A DNA stretch of 64,000 nt from Harriotta raleighana (GCA_050575255.1 JBNZDD010013726.1:10260618-10324617); one strand, 5' to 3'; counted from the first letter of the stretch, positions 37,459 to 51,665 are shown. Numbers and translations are program-made. Notes: generated by a model not told the origin, from the letters alone.

Positions 37459-38587
37459 ACTAGCATTGGTGTAGTCTTATTATAAATGTATACTTCAGAG
37501 GTTTTAATATATCTGGTGCGGCATTATCTTATGTCCCGCGGCCAGTTCGACCTCCCCTCTCTACTGAGATTTATTAATCCAACACTGACCTGCACTCAAA
37601 CCTGTGACTTTTTGATCGATGTACCCAAATACAGCACTGGATCCCCCGGGCATCGGAGGATAGATAGATGTTATCTTTCTACAGTATTTCTCTCCAAATT
37701 TGACAATATCATACCAGGCGATGTCCAAATAGCCTGCGGGCACATGGTAACTAGTTCCGCATTCTGTAAGTTGCGAGCTGATCTTCAGCTGATGTCCACA
37801 CTCGTTTGGATAAGCTGTTGCTCATCCAAGGAAAGTGATCCAAAGTTAATTTCAGGCGTACGTTTCACAGATGACTCACTGTTAAATATATTCATGGGTG
37901 TGACCTTAAAGTTAGATATGTCTACATGAGTCTTAGCTGCCTAAAGACTCTGAACTGTCGGTGTTGTGGGTTTTTAGCCTTTCTGCCTTTTTTTTGTGGC
38001 TTTTTTTTTAACCAAAACCTTCGTGTCAACACTCCAGATTTAGAAAAGTTACGGCTACCCTTGCTGCAGAGTCAGGCCCCCCCATTCTGTCATTGTACTA
38101 CAAACCTCAGCAACTGGCAGGGATCAAGTGAGCAACAGCATTTTTTTTTCTTCACTTTAGCTGATGAAGGATACATTCTACACGTCACGAGGTGGGTTCC
38201 TTTTGAGAAAGCACTGATCTAATACGTCAAACGACAACTTCTATTCATATTGCGCCCCTTCATGTATACAGTAGTCTAACATCCATCTCAAAACACTTCA
38301 CAATGATGGGGGTCGGTCACATGAACAAGAGAAAGGGGGAAAGGAGTAAAATGATCGTAGGCACAGATGCAATTTAAGTACTGATAGGGGTAGTCTAGAA
38401 TGTGGAAGATCTAGGTTAGTGACATAGCATCTAAACTAAAAGCTGTCATCTGTTAAAAAGTTGCACCCAGAGTGGGAAGTCTGCCTTATCAGGGTGTGTG
38501 CAGGTATGCACATGGATGTAGAGCACACAGGGGAGACTCCTGTTTGTTTTGAAGGGAGAGTCCCCCCCAAAAAACGTGTGCACAACC

Positions 38588-38640
38588 TGTGTGTGTGTGT
38601 GTGTGTGTGGGGGGGNGGGGGGGGGGGGGGGGGGGGGGGG
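38588..38640. repeat. (TG)n followed by a long poly-G containing one N
   Basis: Directly visible. Confidence 0.95.
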
Positions 38641-40300
38641 AAGAAATGTACAGGAAACAACGTAATGTTCTTTTGTATCCGGCGAAAGGAAAAAGGGAAA
38701 AGTAGATTTTGTACTTGTGTGTTTGATGGGGGATTTCTATTGTACTACATCTTACATTTATATATTTCCCACTCCACCCAACCCCCCCCCCCCCTCCACA
38801 CAAAAAAAAATAGATTGCACCCAGCTAGGTTTAATCTTAACAAGTTTGGAAAACACCTCATTAAAAACAATCTGGTAAATCTAAAAATATTCTTTAGTGA
38901 TTGAGATATCACTATTATATTATTATTATTATTATTACAATAGAGGGCGCTCTTCTTATACTCTGCATTGGGTGGGATCCGCTCGCTATTCGTGAAGAAC
39001 CAGTGAAATGTCAGGAGCCTCAGTATATAATGCGAGCATTCTTCCACATTGTCAGTACTGATCAAATCCTGTACAACAAGCTGCACAGCACCAACCCAGC
39101 TCTGTGAATTCTATTCTCTCACTCAAAGTATGATCTTAGCTCCCTGTGGTCTATTGCTTTGATGCCCCCACACTCTCCCCTGCCCTTTACGCCTTTAGCC
39201 TACCCTACTGCTCAAGCCGATATCAATGCACACATCAAATGTGCCCCAACTTTGACTTTTGTACAGAATGCAGCCGTACGTCTCGTCTTTAAACGTGTTA
39301 GACCAGCGCGTTAAACGTGTGAACAGGGCCATCAGATGCCTCTTTGTGGATGGCCAGTAGATTATTGGCCTCCTTGCTCTCTCTGCCCGTCGCTTTTGCT
39401 CTCCCTCCTTTGTTCTCGCGTCCGTGTCTTGCCTTGTCTTCATCAAACGCTGCAAACGGAGCTCCCCCCAACCCGATCGGATCGGATTTGAGGGCTTAAA
39501 CTGCCCTTCACTTTGAAATTAGGTTGGACGCAGAGATGCGTCTGTTTTTCCAGTTTGCGAGTCTATTTTTTTTTCTCTCTCTTCTGTTTTTGTTTCCTTT
39601 CTGTGCCCGCCTCACCTCGCTGAATGGATGCTCCTACGATTCGCAACAGAGCTGCTAACAGAAGCAACCTTCGCGATGACAAAACGCCATTTTTAGGTGG
39701 GCCCAGCCAAAAATGTCACTTAAAAAGAGTGAGGACTGTAAGCAATGTTTTATGCTGATTGCTTGTACATTTCTAACATACAAGTGCTCTGGGGCACCAT
39801 ATAAATGCAAGTTGTTGTTGTTGCTGTTGTTATTTCTTCAAAGCTTCAACTGCTTATGCGACTGTCGAACACTGCACTGTGTCAGGGAAAAGCCCTGTTA
39901 TAAAGCCTTTATTCTTTCTGAAGCAGCCCTCCATCTCTCTGCTGCAAATGCTTTAAATTTACACAGCAATAAATACTCAAATGCATCGGGGAGTAGTGAA
40001 CTCGAAGAGAGAAAAATAAGCCTCAGTTTATACGCTGTCTCTCGCCAACATAATTAAGCACAAACTCATTAATATTCACGAGCAGCCGACGTTTGCAGTG
40101 CAGAAGACACCAGAACATAAAAATGGTAATTCTCTCAATATTCTTCACATATGAAATCACTTAGCAATATATTATTGATATACAGGACACCTGAGCAGTG
40201 TGAGCCTTGGCATTAATCCCACCTACAGGCATGTTCATTTTATTCAACCACATCAGCAATTCGTGGGGTGTTCAGCTTCACTGTGTATCAAATCTCTCCT

Positions 40301-40326
40301 TCTCTCTCTCTCTCTCTCTCTCTCTC
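40301..40326. repeat. (TC)n microsatellite
   Basis: Directly visible. Confidence 0.95.
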
Positions 40327-42324
40327 GAGTGGTTGGACCCTTGATATACACCTGCTGGGCTCTTTATTGCGTGAGTTAATTGCGTCTCCAAACCGGCATT
40401 AAAGAGCTGCTTGTTGAAAACCAACTCCTTTTGCAGTCACAAAGGTGGAATCAAACCATCAAGAATGCATCGATTACCAGTGCAGAGTGCGCTTTGCATG
40501 GACACAATCAAAGACGTTACGGATGATACGCAAGAGAGCAGCTAAATAANGCATTAAAGAGCTGCTTGTTGAAAACCAACTCCTTTTGCAGTCACAAAGG
40601 CGGAATCAAACTATCAAGGATACATCGATTACCATTGCAGAGTGCGCTTTGCATGGACACAATCAAAGACGTTACGGATGATACGCAAGAGAGCAGCTAA
40701 ATAATAATTGCCCTTGCATTTCATATTTGGGAGAACATCTCAGAGGCATACTGCAGAGTGCCAGGAACAGTCTATTTTATTGGCAAACATTTCGCCCGCA
40801 AAATATATACACAGTAGTCAATTTACATTTCAGTCTATTCCGTGAAGCGTTTTGAGATGTCTCGCAAGACATGATGAGGGGCTATATTTAACGCAAGGAA
40901 TCTCATAGTAAATAGACCCTGCCAGCTAGCTGTTTATTCGTATGATGAATTCTGCATCTCTCCGTGTACTGGTAAAGCAGCACAAATAAGGAAAATAGGA
41001 TATCAAAATCAAACGTGAGCCTCGAACACACAACCGTCTAACTCAGAAGCCTGGGAGCGACCAGCTGAGCCAGGCTGACACCTGGTTGATCGGCAAGTTC
41101 CTCCACAAATGATATAAAAATAAATCACCATGTTTTCATTGCTCTCGCTGTCTACTCCCAGCCCTCTGGAACATTTTTTCCTTCTACGCTTCAACTAGCC
41201 GAGTGACATGATATCAACTTCTCATGTGTAAACACTGTCAAGAGAGAATTAACTTTACCCGGCTGTCAGAAACCCCTTTCAGAGTGAAAAGGCATCCCAA
41301 ATACACTCAGCAACTGATTTTTGACCTCTCTGCAGGGGTTCTGAATTATTCAGGGGGTGGTGGTGGGGGAGGAGGGGGGGAGGGGGAAGGGGAGGGGGGG
41401 GTGGCTGGAGGTGCGTGACAGATGGTACGGTTGAAGGAGAGTCTTGAGACGTTTCTTGGAAGGACATCCCCCTCCCCCATGTAATATTAATACCGCCCCT
41501 ACCCCTCGTTCCTCCTTTGGGCCACTGTACAGATGTGCCACCATTTCAAGGCAATTAAGAGTTAGTGTTAGGGTTTGTTTGTAGCATCTGGAAGATCGCA
41601 GACCTCCCAGCCTCCAGCCCAGGGCGGAGACCTTCCAACAGCAAGGATATTCGAAGGGCTATTACAGCTTATTGACAAGGGAGACATTCAACCTTGCGAC
41701 ATCCTTTACATCAAATTTCAGCTCAGCCAGAATGATAGTTGTGTTTACTCACAAATGAAGGCGTTTCTATCCGGACACAGCAGAATCACCGGGCGCAAAC
41801 ACTAGAGAAGCGAAGCCAAGACTAGCCGGGGACTGACCGCTACTGAGACGTGTCCGATGGCAAGTGGGAATCCATTTGCGAAGCAACTCACGCAGTCCTT
41901 GCCTGCGATAAGATTAAAAAAAGAAAGGGGACAAGTTACAAATAAAGCGCATCACATCTCATTCATACCTCTTTCTTTCCCCCCCTCCCCACTCGCCCTC
42001 AGCAAAGCCTGCAGGCGAAGAGGGTTGAATCCTGAAGCTCAGTGGTTAGAGCACTGCTCATGGCTGGGAATGCATCTATCAGATACTTTACAATGCACAT
42101 GAGTTATAAGGTTTAAGGACAGTTGATTGCTTCAATAAAATGATGCAAATAATGCAACGTAAAGCAAATCCAGCTGCTTTATGTTGGAGGAATTTTGCAA
42201 CCGCAAATACTGTCAAATCAATCTTTGGAGTATTGGGATAAAAAGATTTGTCAAGATCAAATAAACTGGGGGAAACGGGTTGAATTTTTTTTTACTATGT
42301 TCTGAATCATATTCTTGTCCCTGA

Positions 42325-42503
42325 CGTGCCTTCAACGACCCTCTCGAGTCTCTACCCCCTCCTTGCTCCCACCCTTCCCCCTCCCTCGCCCTGAACATTT
42401 TCCCTTGCTCGGGCCCTGAACCAATCTGTCCAGCGCCTTGGGACGTCCTCCTGACGTGAAACGCGCTCTATAAGTGTAATTTTGTTGTTGTTGTTGTTGT
42501 TGA
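42325..42503 (+). mobile_element. Young 5'-truncated L2 3' end (family A)
   Basis: Same tail as the copies at 19727, 24001 and 30180. Confidence 0.88.
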
Positions 42504-44649
42504 CATTATAAGGCAACACAGAAAAACAAACTCAGAAGCAAATGACATAATTACAGCAATGGACTGTCCACTGTGCGGAATATCAGTGTGCGTTTTGCTA
42601 TCGCGTTTTGTTGGAAACAAAACCTTTGAATCATTATCGAAACGTTGGGCTTCCTTACGCCTGACTCCGTGTGGATTCCCGCTTTTGTTGACGATAGTGG
42701 GAGCTACGTTCTCCCAGAATATACAGGTTCGCTGGCTGTCAGTGTGTTGTGGGGTTCAACTCCTGATGCAGTGAACGCTGTTGCTGAAAGGAAGCTGCGT
42801 GAATTATTCATCGACAAATCCTGTTTCAATATTACATGATCCCTTCATGAATGTAGAGGGCAGTAGCCCAATGCAGCGAGCAATGTAATCTTGATTCTGA
42901 GGTAGGATTTTCAGGTCTTTGGGATCTTTAGGTTTTAATCCATCTATTTTGTATTTGTAATACTGTATTATGCTGCCATAAAATACACCCGTCATCGATA
43001 CTGGTTTCACTGAAGTAAAGCTAACCAGACTACAGTACAGTATTCAGTTTGATATCATAGTTGGACTTTTACTGCTTCTCTATCATACAGTACTTTGTCT
43101 TTACAAGCTGCACATTCAATTTTTTTCTCCTTTTATAATTGTATTCCTCCAGTCAAAGCATCTTGAGCAGCCCGTCAGCTCAAAACCACTAGTTCCCTAT
43201 TTTGTCAATGTACAGTGCTGTCATCTATCTATCAATCTTATGCAAACCAACAAACGTTAAGGGACGAATTGCAATTTTTGCATGATTTTTGCTCATTTCA
43301 TTTGGTCTTCTACATATTGCTCGGTTTGCTCACGTTGCTCAGTTTGTGATCAGATACTGGATGCCCATAATTCAACGTAAGTAATCTTCTGTGTATTACC
43401 AATGACCGACTTCAGTGACGGACACGCTTACTTTCTTCTCCCTTATGCAAGCTAATCATTTGTGTATTATAGTAAAGCATCCACAGACTCTCTCAGTAAA
43501 GGCATGGTATTTAGCAAACGTAAACATGCTAAGATTATTAGATGCAAATCACTAATGTCTCATAGGTAACTTGTTAGTGCAGTTTCATATCCCGTGATAG
43601 AATAATCGTTCACTAATATACACTTCGTAACCTATTCTTGCTGAAACTTTTCCAGAATGAATCCTGATTTTCATCCCGCATACAAACGTATCAAGTCACA
43701 TGCTGGACAATCCTCCAACTGTACAGTCACTTGCATCAGATTCGACAGCTAATCCGATTAAATGATATGCTGCTTTTAAACTTTTCCTTGAAAATTATAC
43801 CAGAGTGCACGGAAAATAAACCATGCGGATTCCGCAAGTCCATTCCCTTAGAACAGGCGTTCGCTGTAACCAAACGGGCTAATCACTCGCTGAGAAAAAA
43901 TTGGTCAAACTAAAAATAATCTGTGTTTTTTTCAGCACTAATCTGTGAGTCTCAGAACAGCTAACAGTTCTGAGACTCACAATATACAGTAGTTCAGTCC
44001 AAATAATCAGGATGCATTTGCATTTGCACCATGTGTTGTTGGTGAGGTACAAAGTGGGATTGAGATAGTACTTCATGTTGGAGCGCCAATTCTTAACACT
44101 GACGTACTGTACAATCTGCTGCAGTAGATAGGACAAGACAAAGTGAATCGGGCTCAATCCCCCTCCCCCAGGCTCCACCTGATCACCCAGAAACTTTCCA
44201 TTTATCCCCAAAAATAAAAAAATTATTAAAGAACTTTTATTAACGCTCGATCTGCACAAGTCCAAGGGCTTGGAAATAAGGTNATTCTTAACACTGACGT
44301 ACTGTACAATCTGCTGCAGTAGATAGGACAAGACAAAGTGAATCGGGCTCAATCCCCCTCCCCCAGGCTCCACCTGATCACCCAGAAACTTTCCATTTTT
44401 CCCCAAAAAAAAAAATAATATTAAAGAACTTTTATTAACGCTCGATCTGCACAAGTCCAAGGGCTTGGAAATAAGGTTGTTTTTTTTCTCTGACGGGCCC
44501 AGACGCCAAGTGCAGGAAGTGTACGTTCCCCGCCCTCACACTGCTTTGCTGCTACTGGCGGAGATCATTTCTCTTGGCGAACCTCTGGCACATATTTTTC
44601 TCCCCACAAAGCTTTAGTTTAACGGCCTTGTTAACATTGATGCAAAAAT

Positions 44650-44750
44650 CAGGAATCGGAGTGTTTTACAGCACAGAAGGGAGGCCATTCGGCCCATCGA
44701 AAAGAGCTATTCACAGTCGATACAACTCCCCAGCTCTCTCCCCATGATAC
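44650..44750 (-). mobile_element. CR1 3' end fragment
   Basis: acagcacagaagggaggccattcggcccatcg. Confidence 0.75.
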
Positions 44751-46892
44751 CAAATGCAGACTGTTGTTTCCTCATGACTATCGAAGAACTATGAATTCAA
44801 AAGATTTCAATCTAGCCAGTTAAGCGATCCATACTATACAAAATTAGTAATTGATTAGCAACTACTGTACATTTAAAAATATCCCATGGTATATTCTGTG
44901 AGGAGCTTTCAGATGTCTTGACAATGTGATAAGGCACTATATCAACTGCAGGGATTATTGTTAACATGGATATCATTAAGAAATAATTAACTTAAATCAA
45001 CACATCACCAAAAGAGTGAAAATATTACCCACTGACTAAATATTTATATTCTAGGAGTGTCAATTACTACAACATTAAGCTTTGCTATCCTCCCACAGAT
45101 TATTTCTTTCATGGTTATTTCAGTTAAGATTCCTTCACATAATGGAGAAAATCTTACCAGTGATAGTCATTGGTATTCTCTACCAAATATCTTGAGGTTC
45201 CTACATCTTAGAATCTCGCTTCCTCTTTGTCAGCAGAATAACGCAATTCTTTTAATGGACTCTCTGGAGTGTAAGACATTTCTGACAGCAAATTAATAGC
45301 TTGAACTGGACTCTACCACTAATTTGCCATTCACGTTCAGCATTTCCTACTTCTGGGAAATCAATAGTTTTAAAAATAAACCTCCACTTCACGGCTTTAA
45401 AAGAGGTGCAGGTTTCAAGCGTAAAACATAAATGCCAAAAGCAGCCCTACTTCTTGGGGACTTTAAACACAGGCTGAGAACATTAGCAGCACAACAGAGA
45501 AATTCAGTTCCACCAGCACTAATGTCTTAAGTGTCACATTAGCATTGTATAGAAAGGCTGAACAGATACTGCCTGGCTTCTCCTAAAAGGGAGAGAAAAA
45601 TCCGATGTAGGGTCCCTTTAGTTTGTCTCACAGAAACTGGGTAAAAGTAGTTGGGCCATGACTTGGAAGCAGGTTCCTTCTCCGTCGCCTTGACTCAAGA
45701 GTCTCGTGTCAAGAGTCTCGTGGTTCAGGCAGAATCAACGACGCTATTTTTTTTTAACAAAAAACAAGTGTAGGAAAATTTCTGCATTGAAGGAGAGGTG
45801 CTCTTTAAAATGACCTCCGCGCAAATGATCGGATACGCTTCCTGAATGAAATTAAGTTGAAGCGAATAAGTCTAGAGAGACGACGTGACATTAAAGAAAC
45901 TTGCAATTCAATCAGGCAGCAATATTAATTTCAACATTTTAATTTACTGGCACTAATTTAGATTGCTTTGTTGAAATGGGGATAAGGGCCCGATTTGATG
46001 CAGGATAAATCAGGGTGTAAATGGTCATGCTATTAATGTCAGTGGATAATTTGGTCTGGTTTATACGTTGATAAGCCAGTGTATTGCAGCATGAAATTTG
46101 CAAAAATAAATGACTGGATGCCAGGCCGCAAAAACAGGCAAAGTAAGAAATTTAAACACCGTCTTCCACAAAATGTTTCTCGAGAGTTTCACCACTACNT
46201 TAGGGGTTAAAATCGTACATCTTATTCTTCTGGCAAAAAAAAACCCCCCACTCAAATCGCAGGCAAAAATGTGATCTTACTGGAATACAAATGTATTACA
46301 ACAACAACAAATTACATTTGTAAGATGCTGTTCACGTCAGGAGAACGACAACAACAATAAATTACACTTGTGTGAAGCCGTTCACATCGGGAAGGATTAG
46401 TCACTTGGAGTTCACTTGCTTTGCATGTGGAGATAGATAAGAGAAAGCGATAACTAAGTCAATCATTTATTACAACACAACACAAGTCCAGAGGTTCAGA
46501 TAAGACTTTGTTAAATTGAGTTTCAGATTGGACTTTCCATGATGCATCTCTCTAACATGTCATTTGATGTCCCGTGGAGTTTCTTGCCCTTGAATAAAGG
46601 CAAGCTTCAATGGCGGCTTAAGGAACGAAGAAGGAACTAGCAGTAAACATTGAGGGAGCAAAGACTGCAAAAGGCCAATACCTAAAATATCACTCGCTGA
46701 AGTGCTGAAGGAAGGAAACTGCCACCAAAGCACATCATTTCATCTAGTATTACAGATTTTCTGAATAGTTTCTGAACATCACAACTCAAGGATAAAAACA
46801 TTACATGAGCTCTTCTCCATCCCCCCACCCCACCCACTCCACCACCCACTACCACAAGAGCTGAAATAGTCTTCTACATTAGGTGTAGGTGC

Positions 46893-47090
46893 AACCACAA
46901 CAACAACTTGCATTTATATAGCGCCCCTCACACAGAGTAGCGCCCCAGAGCGCTCGACAGTAGCTGAGCATGACGCCGGGTCGGGGTGCGGGGGTGAGGG
47001 GAGGGGGGGGGTCCAAAGTGTCAGGGGCACAGCGGCTGAAAGAGCGGCCACCAACGGTGGAACGAAGGGCAGGAAACAAGCAGTTTTCAG
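46893..47090 (-). mobile_element. L2 3' fragment (family B-like) with ORF2 remnant
   Basis: STVGGRSFSRCAP remnant joined to an L2 tail. Confidence 0.75.
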
Positions 47091-48733
47091 TCATTTAAAC
47101 ATCAATCTTTACTAAATGGTCATTTCCAAACTCGAAACACAAACGACACTGTGGGGGTTATCTTTATCTTTCAGCTGCTGCGGTTCAGTCCGCCGTGTAT
47201 GACGTTACTTCTTTGTCTCTTTCTGAAATATCACTGCTGGAGACTCCACCGGTGGGGGCTGCCATGTTAATCGGCTCGTTCCAGACAATGCTCACGAAGA
47301 AGATACGGATATTTGTGCGTACAGATGTTGCATCGCAATCTTGAAAAACTTGGGACTGGCATGCCACGCATGCCGCTGTCAAGCTGTGAGAATTCAACTG
47401 ATCCAAAAATCCCAAAGCCATTTCATCCAGCAACAAACACTTTTATTGCATCAAGTTTCATGTCTGCAGGGGGGTTTTTTTTAATATAAAAATCACACAT
47501 ATCCATTTTGTTTAACACTACTCTTATCATCTTCTTCAGCTTGTCCTCCAGAACAAACATAGATATAGATTTTAAACCTCGAGGGGGAACACAGGCCTAT
47601 ACGTAGAACCCCATCGCTCTTTCCCCTTTTACTCCAAATAATTCGGGTTTATGTCATTTTGTATGAATAAAGTCCGTATGAAGCTGAACAAAGCAAGAAC
47701 TTACCTTTTTTTTGCTCTAAAACTTTAACCATGAAATGCTGCGGATTAAGAGACTCTGTCCTTATATTCAATTCAACATTAGGTTTTGACATAACTCCCC
47801 CCAGCAAAGAGGCCCAAGATTTGCTCCTCCTCTTTTGCAATTCACACGCTTCTACAGCTATGTAGATGTCAACTACCCTCCAGCACTCACCTATGCAACC
47901 ATTCTCCGCTGATGAATTAAGACAGCATTTGCAGGCGATTCAAACTATGGGCCATCGGAGTTGAGGAGCCTAATTCAAAGTGCCACTTTGGTTTTGTACA
48001 AACCTGTGCAGCAGTCATTCCAGTAATTATACTTTGAACACTCAAGACGCATGTTCAATCACAGTTCAGGGTAACTAGAGATCACCCTAAAGTTCCTGCC
48101 AATTCAACAAACACAGTTTCTCGTGAAAAGGTTAAAGCCTCATTCTCTGAACCAAATGTTTTTGCTTTTAAAACCAACAGAACTGTCTGTGTTTCAGAAT
48201 TACCCCCCCCACATTCAGTCCGCTGTGTATGTACGCTGTTACTCCAATACTCCCAACTACTCTGCAAGCAAAGCGCAAAAAAAATAATGTGTGGCTTCTG
48301 AGTCATCCAGTCAGCACCGATGTCACACTCTGTGTGCTCGCTGTAAGAGGGAACTTCCTTCATAAAACAAGATCAGCAGAACTTCCTTTACATAGCACTG
48401 TCCTGTCTGCACAAAGTGTAGAAAGTGACCAGAGTGACAATCTAGGGACCCAGAAGTCATGCGTTTATTTTTTTCAGCACAGCAAATGATCTAGTCATTG
48501 CCAGAAGCTGGGATACAGTAACACTGCACTAACAGTCCATAAAGCACCAGTTCTACGAGTGAGGCTTAAACAACACTAAATATATAGCAATCCAATCTCA
48601 ACTTTACAATCAGATCAAGAGATGGATCCGCCTGCTAAGGGTTGCCAGCACCAGAATAGATCGGATTAATGACAAACATATACTGACTCACAATCGGAAA
48701 TGTTTCAAATGGATGTTAAACCACAGCATTTGT

Positions 48734-49038
48734 GGAGTTCTGTCGCTCAGTGGTTAGAGCACTCGCCTTACAAGCGAGAAACCTGGGTTCGATTACAGGC
48801 AGGGCGAAACGTTGGGCAAGTTTCCTTACTCCACAGGCCTGATAATAATCCCTGTGTAAAAAAAATTGTTCAATTCAAGGCATGACTGTTTATGGGAACA
48901 CTGTTGCACACAATTGGCTGCTGCGTTTGCCCACGATTATACAGTCAATTCACTTTACAGTATATTCTGTGAAGTGCGTTGAGACGTCTAGAAGACATGA
49001 AAAGCGCTATATCAGATGCAGGGATTATTAGTATTATT
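48734..49038 (+). mobile_element. Full-length tRNA-derived SINE, short form
   Basis: A box, B box, CORE-like segment, tail with (att)n. Confidence 0.9.
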
Positions 49039-49669
49039 CATGTGTCGTGTGTGTCAAACAATTGCAACACGAGTTTCCACGGGAGAAAAAAAGACTGATC
49101 AAACTGGAATAAAACCAAAACTCAACCTAAACTCAGCAAGTTTATTCAGCGAGCAATGAGAAGGACATTGCAGCTTTGATTCCCAGAATGTACACGCCTG
49201 GATGCCAAATAAAAGGATGACAAAATGTCACCAAACGGGACAGCTTGTTCCGCTCTATACAAATTTGTTTTTTTTAAATAATAACAATCCTTGCATTGGC
49301 ATTACAATGAGATTTAGTCTTGTACATAGTTGTAAACCTACAGAACTGAAACTGCCATTATCATGTAGATTTTATTTGACCGTGCTCCATCACATACTGT
49401 TTTAAAATGCGTTACAATGAGAGTCGCACTCTCGTATATATTACACAGAATGACATAGCATGAAATAGGCCATTTAGCCCAACTAGTCCAAGCCAAGATT
49501 TATACTCCACACAATCCTTCACTGCACCCCCCTCCCACCCACCAGACAATAATAAGATCAAATTAGCAAAAGGTTGGAGAGTAGCTGAACTAGTACTCTA
49601 AGAAAAGTACTCTTTCCTGTGGCAGCTCCTCCATATACCATCCATATAAAACTTCATAGATGTTACTGT

Positions 49670-49865
49670 GCAACAAATGTGGGGATCAGTTGCGCACAGC
49701 AATGTCCGACAAACAATCCAAAGAGTGAATGACCAATTTGATTTGGGGGAGTGTTGGCCAGGACACTAAATAGGGAATATCCCTTCTCTTTTTTGTTTGA
49801 ATAGTGTCACTGGATCTTTAAAAGCTGCAGATGGGACCTCAGTTTAAAGTCTCATCCAAAGACAT
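49670..49865 (-). mobile_element. Deu-domain SINE fragment
   Basis: tggccaggacac...gaatagtgtcactggatcttt...gggacctcagtttaaagtctcatccaaagac is the reverse of the Deu domain. Confidence 0.75.
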
Positions 49866-51459
49866 TAAAATATACGATTGACCACAATGCAAATTTGCCT
49901 TGTACAGTAAAATTAACTTCAAATGCAGCTTTTGGGGTATTTGTACCTGTACAGGAATCATTACAAACAATAAAGTAACCAGATATAAATTTAAAACAAA
50001 ACATTTAATCACCACGAAGACATTCCACAGTGAAATACCTGCTCTAAATACACAGATCATCCACATCATTACAAATTAAGATTCAAACTCTGATGCAGCA
50101 AACACTCAAAGACAGTCTAAATCTTCTATCTCAACAAAAAGGAACTTAACTAGCTTGTTTGCACAGGTTACTTCAGACAGCATTGCATATCTGAAGTAAG
50201 CATCATTCGTATCCAAGCACAGAATTCCAATGAACCCAATCTCTACCTCCCACTCCCCATTATTAGAGAATTTGCGATCAAAGCCAATAAAATGTACTGT
50301 GCAATCTTGATCCCTATTTATAATGTTACCAAATTTGAATTCTTCGTGTTACTCAGAACACAGTGATAGTCCTTGACATCGATCTTGTTAGGACACAGAT
50401 AACTCCCATGTACAAGATCAAAATTGTGCGCAATTACAAAAAGTATAATTGAAATGAAGTTGCAAACTTGAGGGAAAATCAATGACTTCACACTTCATCT
50501 ACACCAACACTGATCCAACGAGAATATTTCCCAGCAAATCACATGCGTACCAGAATATAACTGTGAAAGAAAGAATACCCTCAAGCATCAATTAGAAACA
50601 TTCATTCATGTTTTGGGGATACTTTATAATCAAGGTAAAACATACGAAAATCAAATATTCCATTTGTCCTTCAGATGTTAAGAGATTCATCAAATGCACT
50701 GTCATTATATAAAAATATACACATGGCTAATCCAGTCTTCTTAATTTCTGGAACAACATTGCCACAACTAATCTTTTAAAACGGATTTGGTCATGCTTGG
50801 GATTTGCCTCAAAAACCTCAAAAAATATTTCAGGAGAATATTAACTACCAGAGCTTTGGTTAAAAGAAAACGCTAAGTTCAATTCCAGTAAAATCATGCC
50901 CGATCACAATCTGCTTTCCAATATCTAAATACAGTCCAGCAAAAATACACATTAAACTCTTAGCTTTTGGAACTACGCTGCTGTGAGAACAAGTTGAAGC
51001 AATTTCTGAAATCAACAAGAAATTCATGCATAACACAGTAATAACAATAATCCTTGCATCTGGTATAGTGCTTTCAAGTCAAGACCTAGTGTGACTTCGC
51101 GTTAGTGTCACTCAATTTTAATTTGCACCCACCTGAAAAGGTTTGCTGAAAATAAATTCAGCAGAGGGTTGTCTCACACAAGGGACAATCTGACAGCTCA
51201 AATGGGTCATTGCGTTAAGCCTCTCCAAGCATTGCCAGCAACAGTGACAGGATTGTGAAATGAATGCAAAACCTACAGAAAATCATGCTTGAATTCATCC
51301 AAATAAAGTGCCAATGGTATGAAGCAGCAACCAAAATATTTCTCCCCTGGCAGACTATTATCTAAGCAACAATACAAAGTCAAAGTTCATGAATTGGTTT
51401 ATAATTTATAATTTGGGGTGAACTGGAGAATCCTATCTGGTTCTTCAGCTGAAGAGTTT

Positions 51460-51665
51460 GAATTGGACGCACAATGGAAGAAATTCTCTTCTCTTTCCGA
51501 ATGGTGCTTCATAATGTTATTACTGTCCACCTGAACAGGCAGATAAGATCCTGGTTTAATAGCTCGTCCAAAAGGCAGCACAACTGACGATGAAGTGTTC
51601 CCCGGTGACTATGAACTTGAGTCCTAATAGGATGCTTGAACTCACAACCTTTGGATCCAGATAAA
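51460..51665 (-). mobile_element. Old Deu-domain SINE fragment
   Basis: gtccacctgaacaggcagat...ggtttaatagctcgtccaaaaggcagcac...cttgaactcacaacctt. Confidence 0.65.

Noticed and set aside
37486-38222. 147-aa and 98-aa ORFs as a possible nested gene
   Set aside because: No recognisable motif; minus-strand frames contain scattered stops; no convincing splice pattern. A BLASTX would be needed to exclude a decayed element.
42559-43010. Overlapping short ORFs in CpG-richer sequence
   Set aside because: No homology recognised and frames are interrupted.
43879-44460. 193-aa ORF with an internal repeat
   Set aside because: The repeat is the N-joined assembly duplication at 44283; no recognisable domain.
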